From positions 1 to 30,469 of the IMG/VR virus record IMGVR_UViG_3300017909_003333: a stretch of DNA of 30,469 bases; one strand, given 5' to 3'. Shown one piece after another: positions 18,458 to 25,861 of the stretch. Each line of letters starts with the position of its first letter. Position 1 is the stretch's first letter. The position numbers were made by a program, and so were the translations under genes. Origin of the DNA: a virus. Lineage: Duplodnaviria; Caudoviricetes. The notes under the pieces were generated by a model, which was not told where the DNA came from, ran no database searches, and saw only the letters and a program-made list of their open reading frames with translations.

Positions 18458-19600
18458 ATGAAAAAGAGTATCGCTCTTTTAGCGCTCTTTTCATTATGCA
18501 ACTTAGCGACGGCGCAAGACACAACTACAAATGTAAACACCACTAACAATACCAATACAACTTATACTGGTACTAACACTAGCACCAACACAAATAACAA
18601 TACCAACACCAATACAAATAACAACACTAGTGTAAGCACCAATACCAACACAAATACCAACACCAATACAAATTACAACACAAGTGTAAGTACGAACACC
18701 AATACAAATAACAACACTAGTGTAAGCACCAGTACCAACACAAATACCAACACTAACAACAATATTTTGTCTGGTGGGACTAACAACACTAACAGAAACT
18801 ATAACAACAATACATCTATAACCAACAACACCAATGTTAGCTCTAGTAATAATGTTAATACAAATAGCAACACAAATGTTAGCACTGCTACGAATACTAA
18901 CAACAATAATAATGTAAGCACAAGCACTGCTACGAATACTAACAACAATAATAATGTAAACACAAGCACTGTAGATACAACTTCAAATAATACTAACACC
19001 AATAACAATAACAATAATACAGTATCGGATAACACCAATACTAATATTAATGAAAGTACGAGTACATCTACAAACAATAACAATAATGTAAACGAAAACA
19101 GAAACACTAGCGTAAGCGAATCTACGCAAACTCAAAATATCAATCAAAAGATTGAATCACCTCCTCCTTCTGCTATCGCTCCAAGCATTGGTAGTTCCTA
19201 TTCGCAAGACTTATGTACCACCGGCATAGGTGGTGCAGTGCAAACTCAAATCTTTGGTTTGTCTGCTGGTAAGTCTGTTAGAGATATGAACTGTGAGCGT
19301 ATCAAGTTAAGCAAAACCCTGTACGACATGGGTATGCGTGTAGCTGCTGTATCGTTAATGTGTCAAGATGAGAGAGTTTACATGGCAATGAGAATGGCAG
19401 GAACACCTTGTCCGTTTGAGGGTTTGATAGGTGAAGAGGCAAAAAATTCTTGGCAACAAAATCCCGATAGAGTTCCAGAAGGAAGGATGACAAGTGATGT
19501 ATTGCCAATATCTCGAAACGGAAGATTAGATGATGGACTAGAAGCTATGCCTAAGGAGAAATTCTGTGAGATATATCCTAACGAGTCTATTTGTAATTAG
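18458..19600 (+). CDS. Exported Asn/Thr-repeat protein with Cys-containing C-terminal domain
   Basis: Signal peptide MKKSIALLALFSLCNLATA|Q; about 200 aa of N/T/S/V repeats; globular tail PPPSAIAPSIGSSYSQDLC...NCERIKLSK...MCQD...TPCP; GGAG RBS. Confidence 0.85.
   Translation: MKKSIALLALFSLCNLATAQDTTTNVNTTNNTNTTYTGTNTSTNTNNNTNTNTNNNTSVSTNTNTNTNTNTNYNTSVSTNTNTNNNTSVSTSTNTNTNTNNNILSGGTNNTNRNYNNNTSITNNTNVSSSNNVNTNSNTNVSTATNTNNNNNVSTSTATNTNNNNNVNTSTVDTTSNNTNTNNNNNNTVSDNTNTNINESTSTSTNNNNNVNENRNTSVSESTQTQNINQKIESPPPSAIAPSIGSSYSQDLCTTGIGGAVQTQIFGLSAGKSVRDMNCERIKLSKTLYDMGMRVAAVSLMCQDERVYMAMRMAGTPCPFEGLIGEEAKNSWQQNPDRVPEGRMTSDVLPISRNGRLDDGLEAMPKEKFCEIYPNESICN
18605..18753 (+). repeat. 59-nt direct repeat at 90-bp period in the Asn/Thr region
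   Basis: 18605-18663 versus 18695-18753, one mismatch. Confidence 0.85.
18881..18971 (+). repeat. 42-bp tandem repeat, about 2.2 copies (STATNTNNNNNVxT)
   Basis: AGCACTGCTACGAATACTAACAACAATAATAATGTAA(G/A)CACA at 18881 and 18923, partial copy at 18965. Confidence 0.9.
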
Positions 19601-21518
19601 TTCCTCAGTATTTGGACAGACCCAAGTGATGAACGGTGTCGATGACGGCACTGCTCATATCAACTTAGGTCACGCCTTTCCCTACTACGGTGGGGTGTTC
19701 ACTGATGCGTGGATGTCCAGTAATGGTTTCATTATACTCTATGATCCAACTACGGGATATGGAAACTCAAACACTAGACAAAGTTGGTGTAACACTTGTC
19801 CGTGGGGATATAGTGGTGGGCCGCCGGAAGGAAGAAGTAATCTCTCTTTTATGATTGCCCCTCTGTGGACTGACCTAGAACACGATACCAGTGTAGAAGG
19901 GTCTGGTTACTTTTATGAAACAGCCTCTACAGGCACACAATTTCTTTGGAACAAAGTAAAAGAGTATAACACCAACAATCTAAACACATTTGGTGTTGAG
20001 TTATGGCCTGACGGGTCTTTTGATTTTCATTATGATGAGGTAAAGATTACAAATCATTCAACATGGATTGGATTTACTGGAGACACAACAAGTCAAAGCA
20101 ATAATGTATATGATGAAGTAAAGGAATTATTTTACAAGACTAGACAAGAAGGTGGTATGACAACAGATCACATCGCCAATTTTGCATCTGAATCATATGA
20201 GACAGACGGTAACACATATTACGCATGGTACGGGCAAGATGGAGGTTATGAAGGCAACCAAACAACAACCGAAGAAGAACAAACCACTAGTGATTTACTT
20301 GTTGAGGATTTAACCGGACAGGACTTTGTTTATGGAGATGACATCCAAGATTTTTATTTTCAAGAGGAAGAGATGTTTGTAGTACAGGAGGCAAACTATG
20401 AGCAAGAACAAGAGTTCGGATACGGTGTGGTCTATGAGCAAGAACAAGAGTTCGGATATGATGTGGTCTTTGAACCAGAAGGCAATACAGGAAACACAGG
20501 AATGGATGAACGAAGTTCGGAAGAAGAACGGAATGTACCAATGCAAGAATTACCAGAAATTCAAACTACACCCGTACTATCAGAGAGAACGGATGAAGTT
20601 TACTCCAGACCCGATGATGAACAACAAAACGAAAGAGTGGAAACCTTGGAAAGGCCCGAAGAAAATAACAATAACCTAGTTAGAGAAGAAATTGAACCCG
20701 TTGAAGAAATCGAAATAGATTTACCTACAAGAGCTAACCCAACGGTAAACGCAGTTGCAATTGCACTAGAACAAGTTTCCGAAGCAGAAAAACTGGTGTT
20801 TAGTAATATTTCTGCAATAACAACAACTGAAACAAACTCGTCGATACAAACAAAAACAAAAACTGAAACAAACTCGTCGAAACAAGCAATAACAAAAACC
20901 GAAACAAACTCGTCGATACAAAACGATACAAATCAAATAAATACGGAAGAGAGAGTATTTTTAGCCGAGACTGCATTTTTCGAAAAATCAACTTTTAATG
21001 CAGTGGTTGACCCAACTGTTACCGTTTTTATAGAACAAACGGCAGAACAAACGACTGAATTTGTTTCAGAAACGTCAGACGCACAGAATGGTTCTGGTTT
21101 TGACGGACAACAAAATGAATCTTTCAGTACGGGACAAAGCATAACGGCTATCCTTAACAACGTTCAACCAAATTACTCTCAGTTTGATGTTGCTCCGCCA
21201 AGTGCGAGTGAAGTCTCTCAAGAGCAACGTGCAGAATCTCAGGCACAGAATATGTCTGAGGAACAGTTGGCGAGTAACTTAGATGAGTTTACAGAAGAAA
21301 TGCAAGACTCTGGTGGGTTTAATGACCAGAGTTTGACCATCTTTTTGATGGGTAGGGTAAGTGGGTTTGAGAATTATGGAGGATCTTTACAGGATAATCC
21401 ATTCTATAGTATCAAGGGAATGCCCATAAACAACGTACCAAACGACAGGAATATCATGCTACAACTGATAGGTACAAGTGGTAAACATGAACAGATGGTT
21501 GCAGAACAATATGAATAG
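19566..21518 (+). CDS. Exported protein: nidogen-like N-terminal domain, acidic disordered linker, small C-terminal domain
   Basis: GTG start with AGGAG RBS; signal peptide MRYILTSLFVISSSVFG|Q; FPYYG..F..AWMSSNGFI, IAPLWTDL and NTFGVELWPDGSFDFHY match the nidogen-like pattern; E/Q/T-rich middle. Confidence 0.8.
   Translation: MRYILTSLFVISSSVFGQTQVMNGVDDGTAHINLGHAFPYYGGVFTDAWMSSNGFIILYDPTTGYGNSNTRQSWCNTCPWGYSGGPPEGRSNLSFMIAPLWTDLEHDTSVEGSGYFYETASTGTQFLWNKVKEYNTNNLNTFGVELWPDGSFDFHYDEVKITNHSTWIGFTGDTTSQSNNVYDEVKELFYKTRQEGGMTTDHIANFASESYETDGNTYYAWYGQDGGYEGNQTTTEEEQTTSDLLVEDLTGQDFVYGDDIQDFYFQEEEMFVVQEANYEQEQEFGYGVVYEQEQEFGYDVVFEPEGNTGNTGMDERSSEEERNVPMQELPEIQTTPVLSERTDEVYSRPDDEQQNERVETLERPEENNNNLVREEIEPVEEIEIDLPTRANPTVNAVAIALEQVSEAEKLVFSNISAITTTETNSSIQTKTKTETNSSKQAITKTETNSSIQNDTNQINTEERVFLAETAFFEKSTFNAVVDPTVTVFIEQTAEQTTEFVSETSDAQNGSGFDGQQNESFSTGQSITAILNNVQPNYSQFDVAPPSASEVSQEQRAESQAQNMSEEQLASNLDEFTEEMQDSGGFNDQSLTIFLMGRVSGFENYGGSLQDNPFYSIKGMPINNVPNDRNIMLQLIGTSGKHEQMVAEQYE
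20396..20473 (+). repeat. 36-bp coding tandem repeat, about 2.2 copies (YEQEQEFGYxVV)
   Basis: CTATGAGCAAGAACAAGAGTTCGGATA(C/T)G(G/A)TGTGGT at 20396 and 20432. Confidence 0.92.
20814..20922 (+). repeat. 36-bp coding tandem repeat, 3 copies (TETNSSxQ core)
   Basis: AAC(T/C)GAAACAAACTCGTCGA at 20825, 20861 and 20897. Confidence 0.92.
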
Positions 21519-21530
21519 GGGGTTATAATA

Positions 21531-21995
21531 ATGGTCGAAATTGGATTAGCGGTATCAATGGCCACTCAAGCATTTGGTGTAATCAAAAAGGCGGTAGACA
21601 CTGGTAGAGAAGTAGAAGATGTGGCCGAATACTTTGGTAAATGGTTTGATGCAAAAGATCAAATCCATGAGGCAGCACAATACTCAAATAATCAACCAGT
21701 GGTAAATAAGTTATTTCAAGGTAATAGTGTAGAGGCTCAGGCCCTAGAAATAACCGCAGCAAAAACAAAAATAGAACGCCTGGAAAAAGAACTCAGAGAA
21801 TATTTGATATGGTCTGGTCAAGGACAATTTTACGAAGACATGATGATTGAAAGAAGAAGAATAAAACAGGCGAGAGCAGCCGAAGCAAAACGCAAGGCTG
21901 AAAATAGGAAGTTCTGGATTGATGTATCTACAGTAGGTATAGGAGTAGTAATCACTTCAGTTTTAATTATAACTATGTTAGCCGCCATATTGTGA
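21531..21995 (+). CDS. Helical protein with C-terminal transmembrane anchor
   Basis: 154 aa; GGGGG RBS; charged coiled-coil followed by FWIDVSTVGIGVVITSVLIITMLAAIL. Confidence 0.85.
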   Translation: MVEIGLAVSMATQAFGVIKKAVDTGREVEDVAEYFGKWFDAKDQIHEAAQYSNNQPVVNKLFQGNSVEAQALEITAAKTKIERLEKELREYLIWSGQGQFYEDMMIERRRIKQARAAEAKRKAENRKFWIDVSTVGIGVVITSVLIITMLAAIL

Positions 21996-22264
21996 GTGAT
22001 ATATGCCCACCAGAGTTTGAAATATGTTTCACTGAAGATGAGTGGATAGAATTTCATTCTTATGTAGAGTTTGATGACGCAGAGGTATTCATTCCCGAGC
22101 ATCCCATAGGTGACGCAGAAGCACTAGCAAACCTTACGTGGGAAATATTATTTTTAACTCCTTGGGAACTGATATACATAGCGATGCCTATGACTGTATT
22201 AGCAACTTACGGATTAACTATCTACTACGCCTACAAATGGATTCAGAAGAAGTTTAGCATATGA
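21992..22264 (+). CDS. Small membrane protein with acidic N-terminus
   Basis: 90 aa; GTGA and ATGA overlaps with both neighbours; hydrophobic LIYIAMPMTVLATYGLTIYYAY followed by KWIQKK. Confidence 0.75.
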   Translation: MSDICPPEFEICFTEDEWIEFHSYVEFDDAEVFIPEHPIGDAEALANLTWEILFLTPWELIYIAMPMTVLATYGLTIYYAYKWIQKKFSI

Positions 22265-22974
22265 CCCTCAAAGACCTTGTAACCATCGTAATACCTTGCA
22301 AGAATGAAGAAAACTATATTGCTTACCTACTAGACGGTCTCCGCGAACAGCGCGGCATAGAGGGTGTTAAAATCTACATCGCAGACGCATCTACAGACAA
22401 TACCAGAGATGTAATCATCAAGAACACAGGTAATCTCAATGTTACAATTGTGGAAGGCGGGCCTGTTTCAAGGGCAAAGAATAATGGTGCGACTTTTGTT
22501 GAAACTCCCTATTTACTCTTCATTGATTCTGATGTTAGGTTTTTTGATGATTGTGTTATCGCAGACACACTGGAACAAATGACGCGAGACAATTTGGATT
22601 TGATTGGACTCAACATTAAATGTTACGATGACGACTTTCGTGCTAAACTTGCATTCAAGCTATTCAATGTGGTCAACAATATTCTAAAACACTGGATGCC
22701 ATTTGCCGTTGGTGCATATATGTTGACTCGCACCGATAAATTTAGAGAACTTGGTGGTTTTCCAGAGCTACGACCTACATCCGAAGACTTCTTTTTGTCT
22801 ATTATGTACGACCCCAAAAAGTTTGCCATCGCAAATCACTACTTCGGACAAGATAGTAGACGATTCAAAAAGATGGGTTACTTTGGTATGACTTGGTATC
22901 TTATCAAGAATTTCATCAACCGCAACAATAAAAAATATTGGGACAATATAGATGAAGCAAAATACTGGGACTAA
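22261..22974 (+). CDS. Glycosyltransferase family 2 (GT-A fold)
   Basis: VTIVIPCKNEE, IADASTDNT, AKNNGA, YLLFIDSD (DxD), FRELGGF....SEDFFLS, SRRF. Confidence 0.93.
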   Translation: MTLKDLVTIVIPCKNEENYIAYLLDGLREQRGIEGVKIYIADASTDNTRDVIIKNTGNLNVTIVEGGPVSRAKNNGATFVETPYLLFIDSDVRFFDDCVIADTLEQMTRDNLDLIGLNIKCYDDDFRAKLAFKLFNVVNNILKHWMPFAVGAYMLTRTDKFRELGGFPELRPTSEDFFLSIMYDPKKFAIANHYFGQDSRRFKKMGYFGMTWYLIKNFINRNNKKYWDNIDEAKYWD

Positions 22975-23695
22975 GTACAAGTCCGTATTCATTTCAGACT
23001 TACACTTAGGCTCAAAACACTGTAATGCAGAGAAACTTCTTAAGTTTCTTGACAACTTAAACACAGAAAACCTTTACCTTGTTGGTGATATTATCGATGG
23101 CTGGAGGCTACAAAAGAAATGGTACTGGCCAAAAGAACACAATAAAATCATACAGAAACTTATTAAGATTTCAAAACACACCAAAATCATTTACATCACA
23201 GGTAATCATGATGAGTTTCTGAGAACGATTCCAAACATAAAAATAGGAAGTGTTGACGTTTGTAATCGTCACGTACATGTAGGATTAAACGGGGAGAGGT
23301 ATCTTGTCACGCATGGAGATATGTTTGACAATCTCATGCGTACAAAAACGGGAAGATTTGTTATGTCATGTGGCGATGTGGCATACGATGCACTGATATA
23401 TTTAAATCGTCTGGTAAATGCATTTCGAAATCTGACAGGAAGGCCTCCTTGGAGTCTAGCAAAGTATTTGAAGAAAAAAGCAAAAGCCGCTGCAAACTAT
23501 ATCGGCGACTTCGAATTACAGATGACCGAATACTGTGCAAAGAGAGGGTATGACGGTATTATTTGTGGGCATATTCACCATGCAACAATTCAAGAATATG
23601 ACGGTATTAAATATATGAACGATGGAGATTGGTGTGAGTCTTGTACCGCGTTAGTAGAAAACCAAAACGGAGATTGGGAGATAATCAATGGCTGA
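22952..23695 (+). CDS. Calcineurin-like metallophosphoesterase, UDP-2,3-diacylglucosamine diphosphatase-like family (PlcP/LpxH2 type)
   Basis: All five motifs intact: ISDLHLG, VGDIIDGW, GNHDE, HGDMFD, CGHIHH, plus NDGDWCES. Confidence 0.9.
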   Translation: MKQNTGTKYKSVFISDLHLGSKHCNAEKLLKFLDNLNTENLYLVGDIIDGWRLQKKWYWPKEHNKIIQKLIKISKHTKIIYITGNHDEFLRTIPNIKIGSVDVCNRHVHVGLNGERYLVTHGDMFDNLMRTKTGRFVMSCGDVAYDALIYLNRLVNAFRNLTGRPPWSLAKYLKKKAKAAANYIGDFELQMTEYCAKRGYDGIICGHIHHATIQEYDGIKYMNDGDWCESCTALVENQNGDWEIING

Positions 23696-24191
23696 AGTAG
23701 AATTTGGCGATGTAAAAGTTACTGGTGGTAAAATGTTACTCATTATTCCACTCATAGGTTCAATCTTGGGAGCCATGTGGGGCGGGTTTGAGATATATCA
23801 ACGTTTGTTGGACGCTGAGGAGGCGGTAACAAATTATGTTGCGCCAGATATGTCAGGTATCAATCAACAGTTAGCCGTCCAAGCAGAGACTCTAGCAGGA
23901 CTACAGGAAGACGTAGCGATTCAGTTCGAAACAATCACCACTTTATTAGATCGTTTAGAGGAAGACGTTGACCGCATTCGTGCAGACGTAGATGAGATTG
24001 ACACCTTTGTTCGTAACATTGACGAGTCAACTAACGAGACTCAACGAGACCTACGCAACGATGTTTATGCAATGGAAGAAACTCTCAATGACCGTGTTCG
24101 TGAAATTGACGAGCAGTTAAGAGAAACAAGAGATGATCTTCAAGATCAAATTGAAAGATTGCTTGACAATCCTCTTAATTCGGATCAATAA
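23688..24191 (+). CDS. Membrane-anchored long coiled-coil protein
   Basis: N-terminal TM LLIIPLIGSILGAMWGGF, then about 120 aa of acidic heptads ending LLDNPLN; GGGAG RBS. Confidence 0.85.
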   Translation: MAEVEFGDVKVTGGKMLLIIPLIGSILGAMWGGFEIYQRLLDAEEAVTNYVAPDMSGINQQLAVQAETLAGLQEDVAIQFETITTLLDRLEEDVDRIRADVDEIDTFVRNIDESTNETQRDLRNDVYAMEETLNDRVREIDEQLRETRDDLQDQIERLLDNPLNSDQ

Positions 24192-24369
24192 CTTTGTATT
24201 GTCTTCCTTCGCAAATCTTATCCCACGTTTTGCGTTTGATACGATGCCACTGAGGTTCGTGCATGGGTTTAACCTTTACCCACTTCCAACCTACTGTTCC
24301 GACCTCAAATATTCTCGTTCCTGAAGGAACGCCACGAATTTCATCTTCGTGGTAGAATCGAACGAGCAT
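24175..24369 (-). CDS. Hypothetical protein (64 aa)
   Basis: Start reassigned to ATG 24369 (MLVRFYHEDE...) because of the GGGAG RBS just upstream. Confidence 0.7.
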   Translation of the reverse strand: MLVRFYHEDEIRGVPSGTRIFEVGTVGWKWVKVKPMHEPQWHRIKRKTWDKICEGRQYKVIDPN

Positions 24370-24520
24370 AGTCAGCTCCCTTTGTTGTTTCCACAGGCTG
24401 CATGCCGAGTAACTTTCTTGCTTCGTCTCGAACCTCTGCTGACACAGCAAAACCAAACATATCAGGGTTCAACAAATTTCTCAAAAACGTTTCTACATTC
24501 TTATCCATAATAGCAGACAT
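24341..24520 (-). CDS. Hypothetical protein
   Basis: MSAIMDKNVETFLRNLLNPDMFGFAVSAEVRDEARKLLG; ATG lies 1 nt after the upstream stop; start uncertain. Confidence 0.7.
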   Translation of the reverse strand: MSAIMDKNVETFLRNLLNPDMFGFAVSAEVRDEARKLLGMQPVETTKGADYARSILPRR

Positions 24521-24521
24521 A

Positions 24522-24728
24522 TTATTCATCCTCTTCAAATTCAATATCTCCAGAATGAAGCATCACACGTTTCTTACCAACACCGGCGTGTTCTCCTCCA
24601 TCCCACAATACTTGCCATAGTCCAAGAGCACCATCTTCAACACCTTTGAGATGTCCGTGCCGATATGCCACAAGTGGCAATACAACAAACAGTATGTTGA
24701 ACAATAGGTTTATCCCTTCACTATTCAT
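24522..24728 (-). CDS. Small membrane protein
   Basis: 68 aa; GGAG RBS; TM LLFNILFVVLPLVAY. Confidence 0.7.
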   Translation of the reverse strand: MNSEGINLLFNILFVVLPLVAYRHGHLKGVEDGALGLWQVLWDGGEHAGVGKKRVMLHSGDIEFEEDE

Positions 24729-25029
24729 TTATTTCTCCAACGTCTGATTCATCGATTAGGTCTGACCACTTTGCAAGTTTTTCAAACTTAACCTTTCGTC
24801 TCTCTTCCATCTCAAAAAGAGAAACCACATCCCACTCATGCAAAAGTTCTAGCATAGCGTAAACGTCACCGGCTTCTTCTTTTAGTTCTGTAACATATTT
24901 ATCAGAAGAGTCGTACATTATACCACGTCGAAGTAGTTTAGCGCAAGCCTGTTGCAATTCTGCACACTCTTCCATCAGTATGACAAGTAACTGCTGTCTT
25001 GCTTCCAAATCATTCATATCTTTTTTCAT
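24721..25029 (-). CDS. MazG-like nucleotide pyrophosphohydrolase-fold protein
   Basis: LMEECAELQQACAK...LKEEAGDVYAM (EExxE / EExxD); start moved to ATG 25029 (GGAG RBS, ATGA overlap). Confidence 0.75.
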   Translation of the reverse strand: MKKDMNDLEARQQLLVILMEECAELQQACAKLLRRGIMYDSSDKYVTELKEEAGDVYAMLELLHEWDVVSLFEMEERRKVKFEKLAKWSDLIDESDVGEINE

Positions 25030-25115
25030 AAAGGATTCACTCCAAAATAAATCATCCCTGCTAACAAACACATACAAGCAAGCCAAAGAAAAAACAGTTT
25101 AAGTATTATCCCCAT
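25026..25115 (-). CDS. 29-aa single-TM microprotein
   Basis: Hand translation MGIILKLFFLWLACMCLLAGMIYFGVNPL*; fills the gap, and its stop overlaps the next ATG. Confidence 0.55.
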   Translation of the reverse strand: MGIILKLFFLWLACMCLLAGMIYFGVNPL

Positions 25116-25236
25116 CAAAATATTTAACCTTATTTTTATCAAACATCTCTTCTTTCTCTTCTTCGATCATAAATTCCTTTACCACGAATCCGACCAATAA
25201 TAAGAGAAACATACAAAATCCGATTAGCATTTCCAT
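25099..25236 (-). CDS. Small membrane protein (45 aa)
   Basis: MEMLIGFCMFLLLLVGFVVKEF...; strong GGAGGAG RBS before ATG 25236. Confidence 0.7.
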   Translation of the reverse strand: MEMLIGFCMFLLLLVGFVVKEFMIEEEKEEMFDKNKVKYFDGDNT

Positions 25237-25237
25237 T

Positions 25238-25402
25238 TCACTCCTCCGTCTCTGCGACGACCCGACCGCGCTCAGCGATCTTATTCCTGTACCACTCAGC
25301 AAACTCTGAGTTTTCCTCTAAAAACAATTGCACTTCTACAGCAGACATCTGATCACTTCGAATCATTTCTGCCCACAGTTCCCATTGCCATTTATTCTTC
25401 AT
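25238..25402 (-). CDS. Hypothetical protein (54 aa)
   Basis: Hand translation MKNKWQWELWAEMIRSDQMSAVEVQLFLEENSEFAEWYRNK...; ATGA overlap and AAGGAG RBS; below the ORF-track cutoff. Confidence 0.75.
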   Translation of the reverse strand: MKNKWQWELWAEMIRSDQMSAVEVQLFLEENSEFAEWYRNKIAERGRVVAETEE

Positions 25403-25668
25403 ATCCACTCCTTACCAAACAAATTCTTTGGGTACACTTCAAGATAATTAGACCACACCAAACGCGCCCAACTCACACCGTACACAAACACAAGTATCAG
25501 AATGCCGTATTGCTCATTCATATACGCAGTAGCAAACCAGAACGGTTCTCCGATGAGACCGATAATGCCTGCGACCATTCGAGTTTGTGCATCCTGCGAT
25601 GCAAGTAAATAAATCGAAGAACAACCACAAATTGTAATTACAATCTGACAAAACAAATCAATCGACAT
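25399..25668 (-). CDS. Small 3-TM membrane protein
   Basis: Three hydrophobic segments with GIIGLIGEPFW...QYGIL; start 25668 or 25677. Confidence 0.7.
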   Translation of the reverse strand: MSIDLFCQIVITICGCSSIYLLASQDAQTRMVAGIIGLIGEPFWFATAYMNEQYGILILVFVYGVSWARLVWSNYLEVYPKNLFGKEWI

Positions 25669-25861
25669 ACTGACCATCCTTACACATACGAGAGTAAGTG
25701 TTATCGTAGTCTGGCCATACGCCAGAATAGACATTTTCGCAATACAGCTGGGCCTGTGCGATTTCGTCTTCTATCTCCATATTGCCTGCAAGGCCCAACA
25801 AACAAACAAAAACAACAAACGCAACAGAAGGATACATCAGATTTTTAAACTCAGACATCAT
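25658..25861 (-). CDS. Hypothetical membrane-anchored protein
   Basis: 67 aa; N-terminal TM, then YCENVYSGVWPDY...C; TAATG-coupled. Confidence 0.75.
   Translation of the reverse strand: MMSEFKNLMYPSVAFVVFVCLLGLAGNMEIEDEIAQAQLYCENVYSGVWPDYDNTYSRMCKDGQYVD

Noticed and set aside
18458-18514. Lipoprotein (o-spanin) signal at Cys14
   Set aside because: FSLC is not a canonical lipobox; ATA|Q fits signal peptidase I better.
18799-19107. 102-aa poly-Leu/Val membrane-like ORF on the minus strand
   Set aside because: Antisense consequence of AAC/AAT/ACN codons in the plus-strand gene.
18515-19150. AAC/AAT-rich repeats as a DGR template/variable pair
   Set aside because: No reverse transcriptase in the window; the repeats are short tandem coding duplications explained by Asn/Thr content.
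20396-20922. 36-bp repeats as a CRISPR array
   Set aside because: Units are directly adjacent with no unique spacers, are in frame within a CDS, and no cas genes are present.
22952-23695. Calling the gene lpxH (lipid A biosynthesis)
   Set aside because: It has GNHD rather than the LpxH GNRD, and no other lipid A genes are nearby.
24161-24191. Plus-strand GCTTGACAAT as a promoter
   Set aside because: No acceptable -10 at 16-18 bp; explained by the codons for LLDN.
18405-24200. Plus-strand block as a mobile element or invertible segment
   Set aside because: No integrase, transposase or homing endonuclease, and no terminal repeats seen; it uses a phage late-type promoter.
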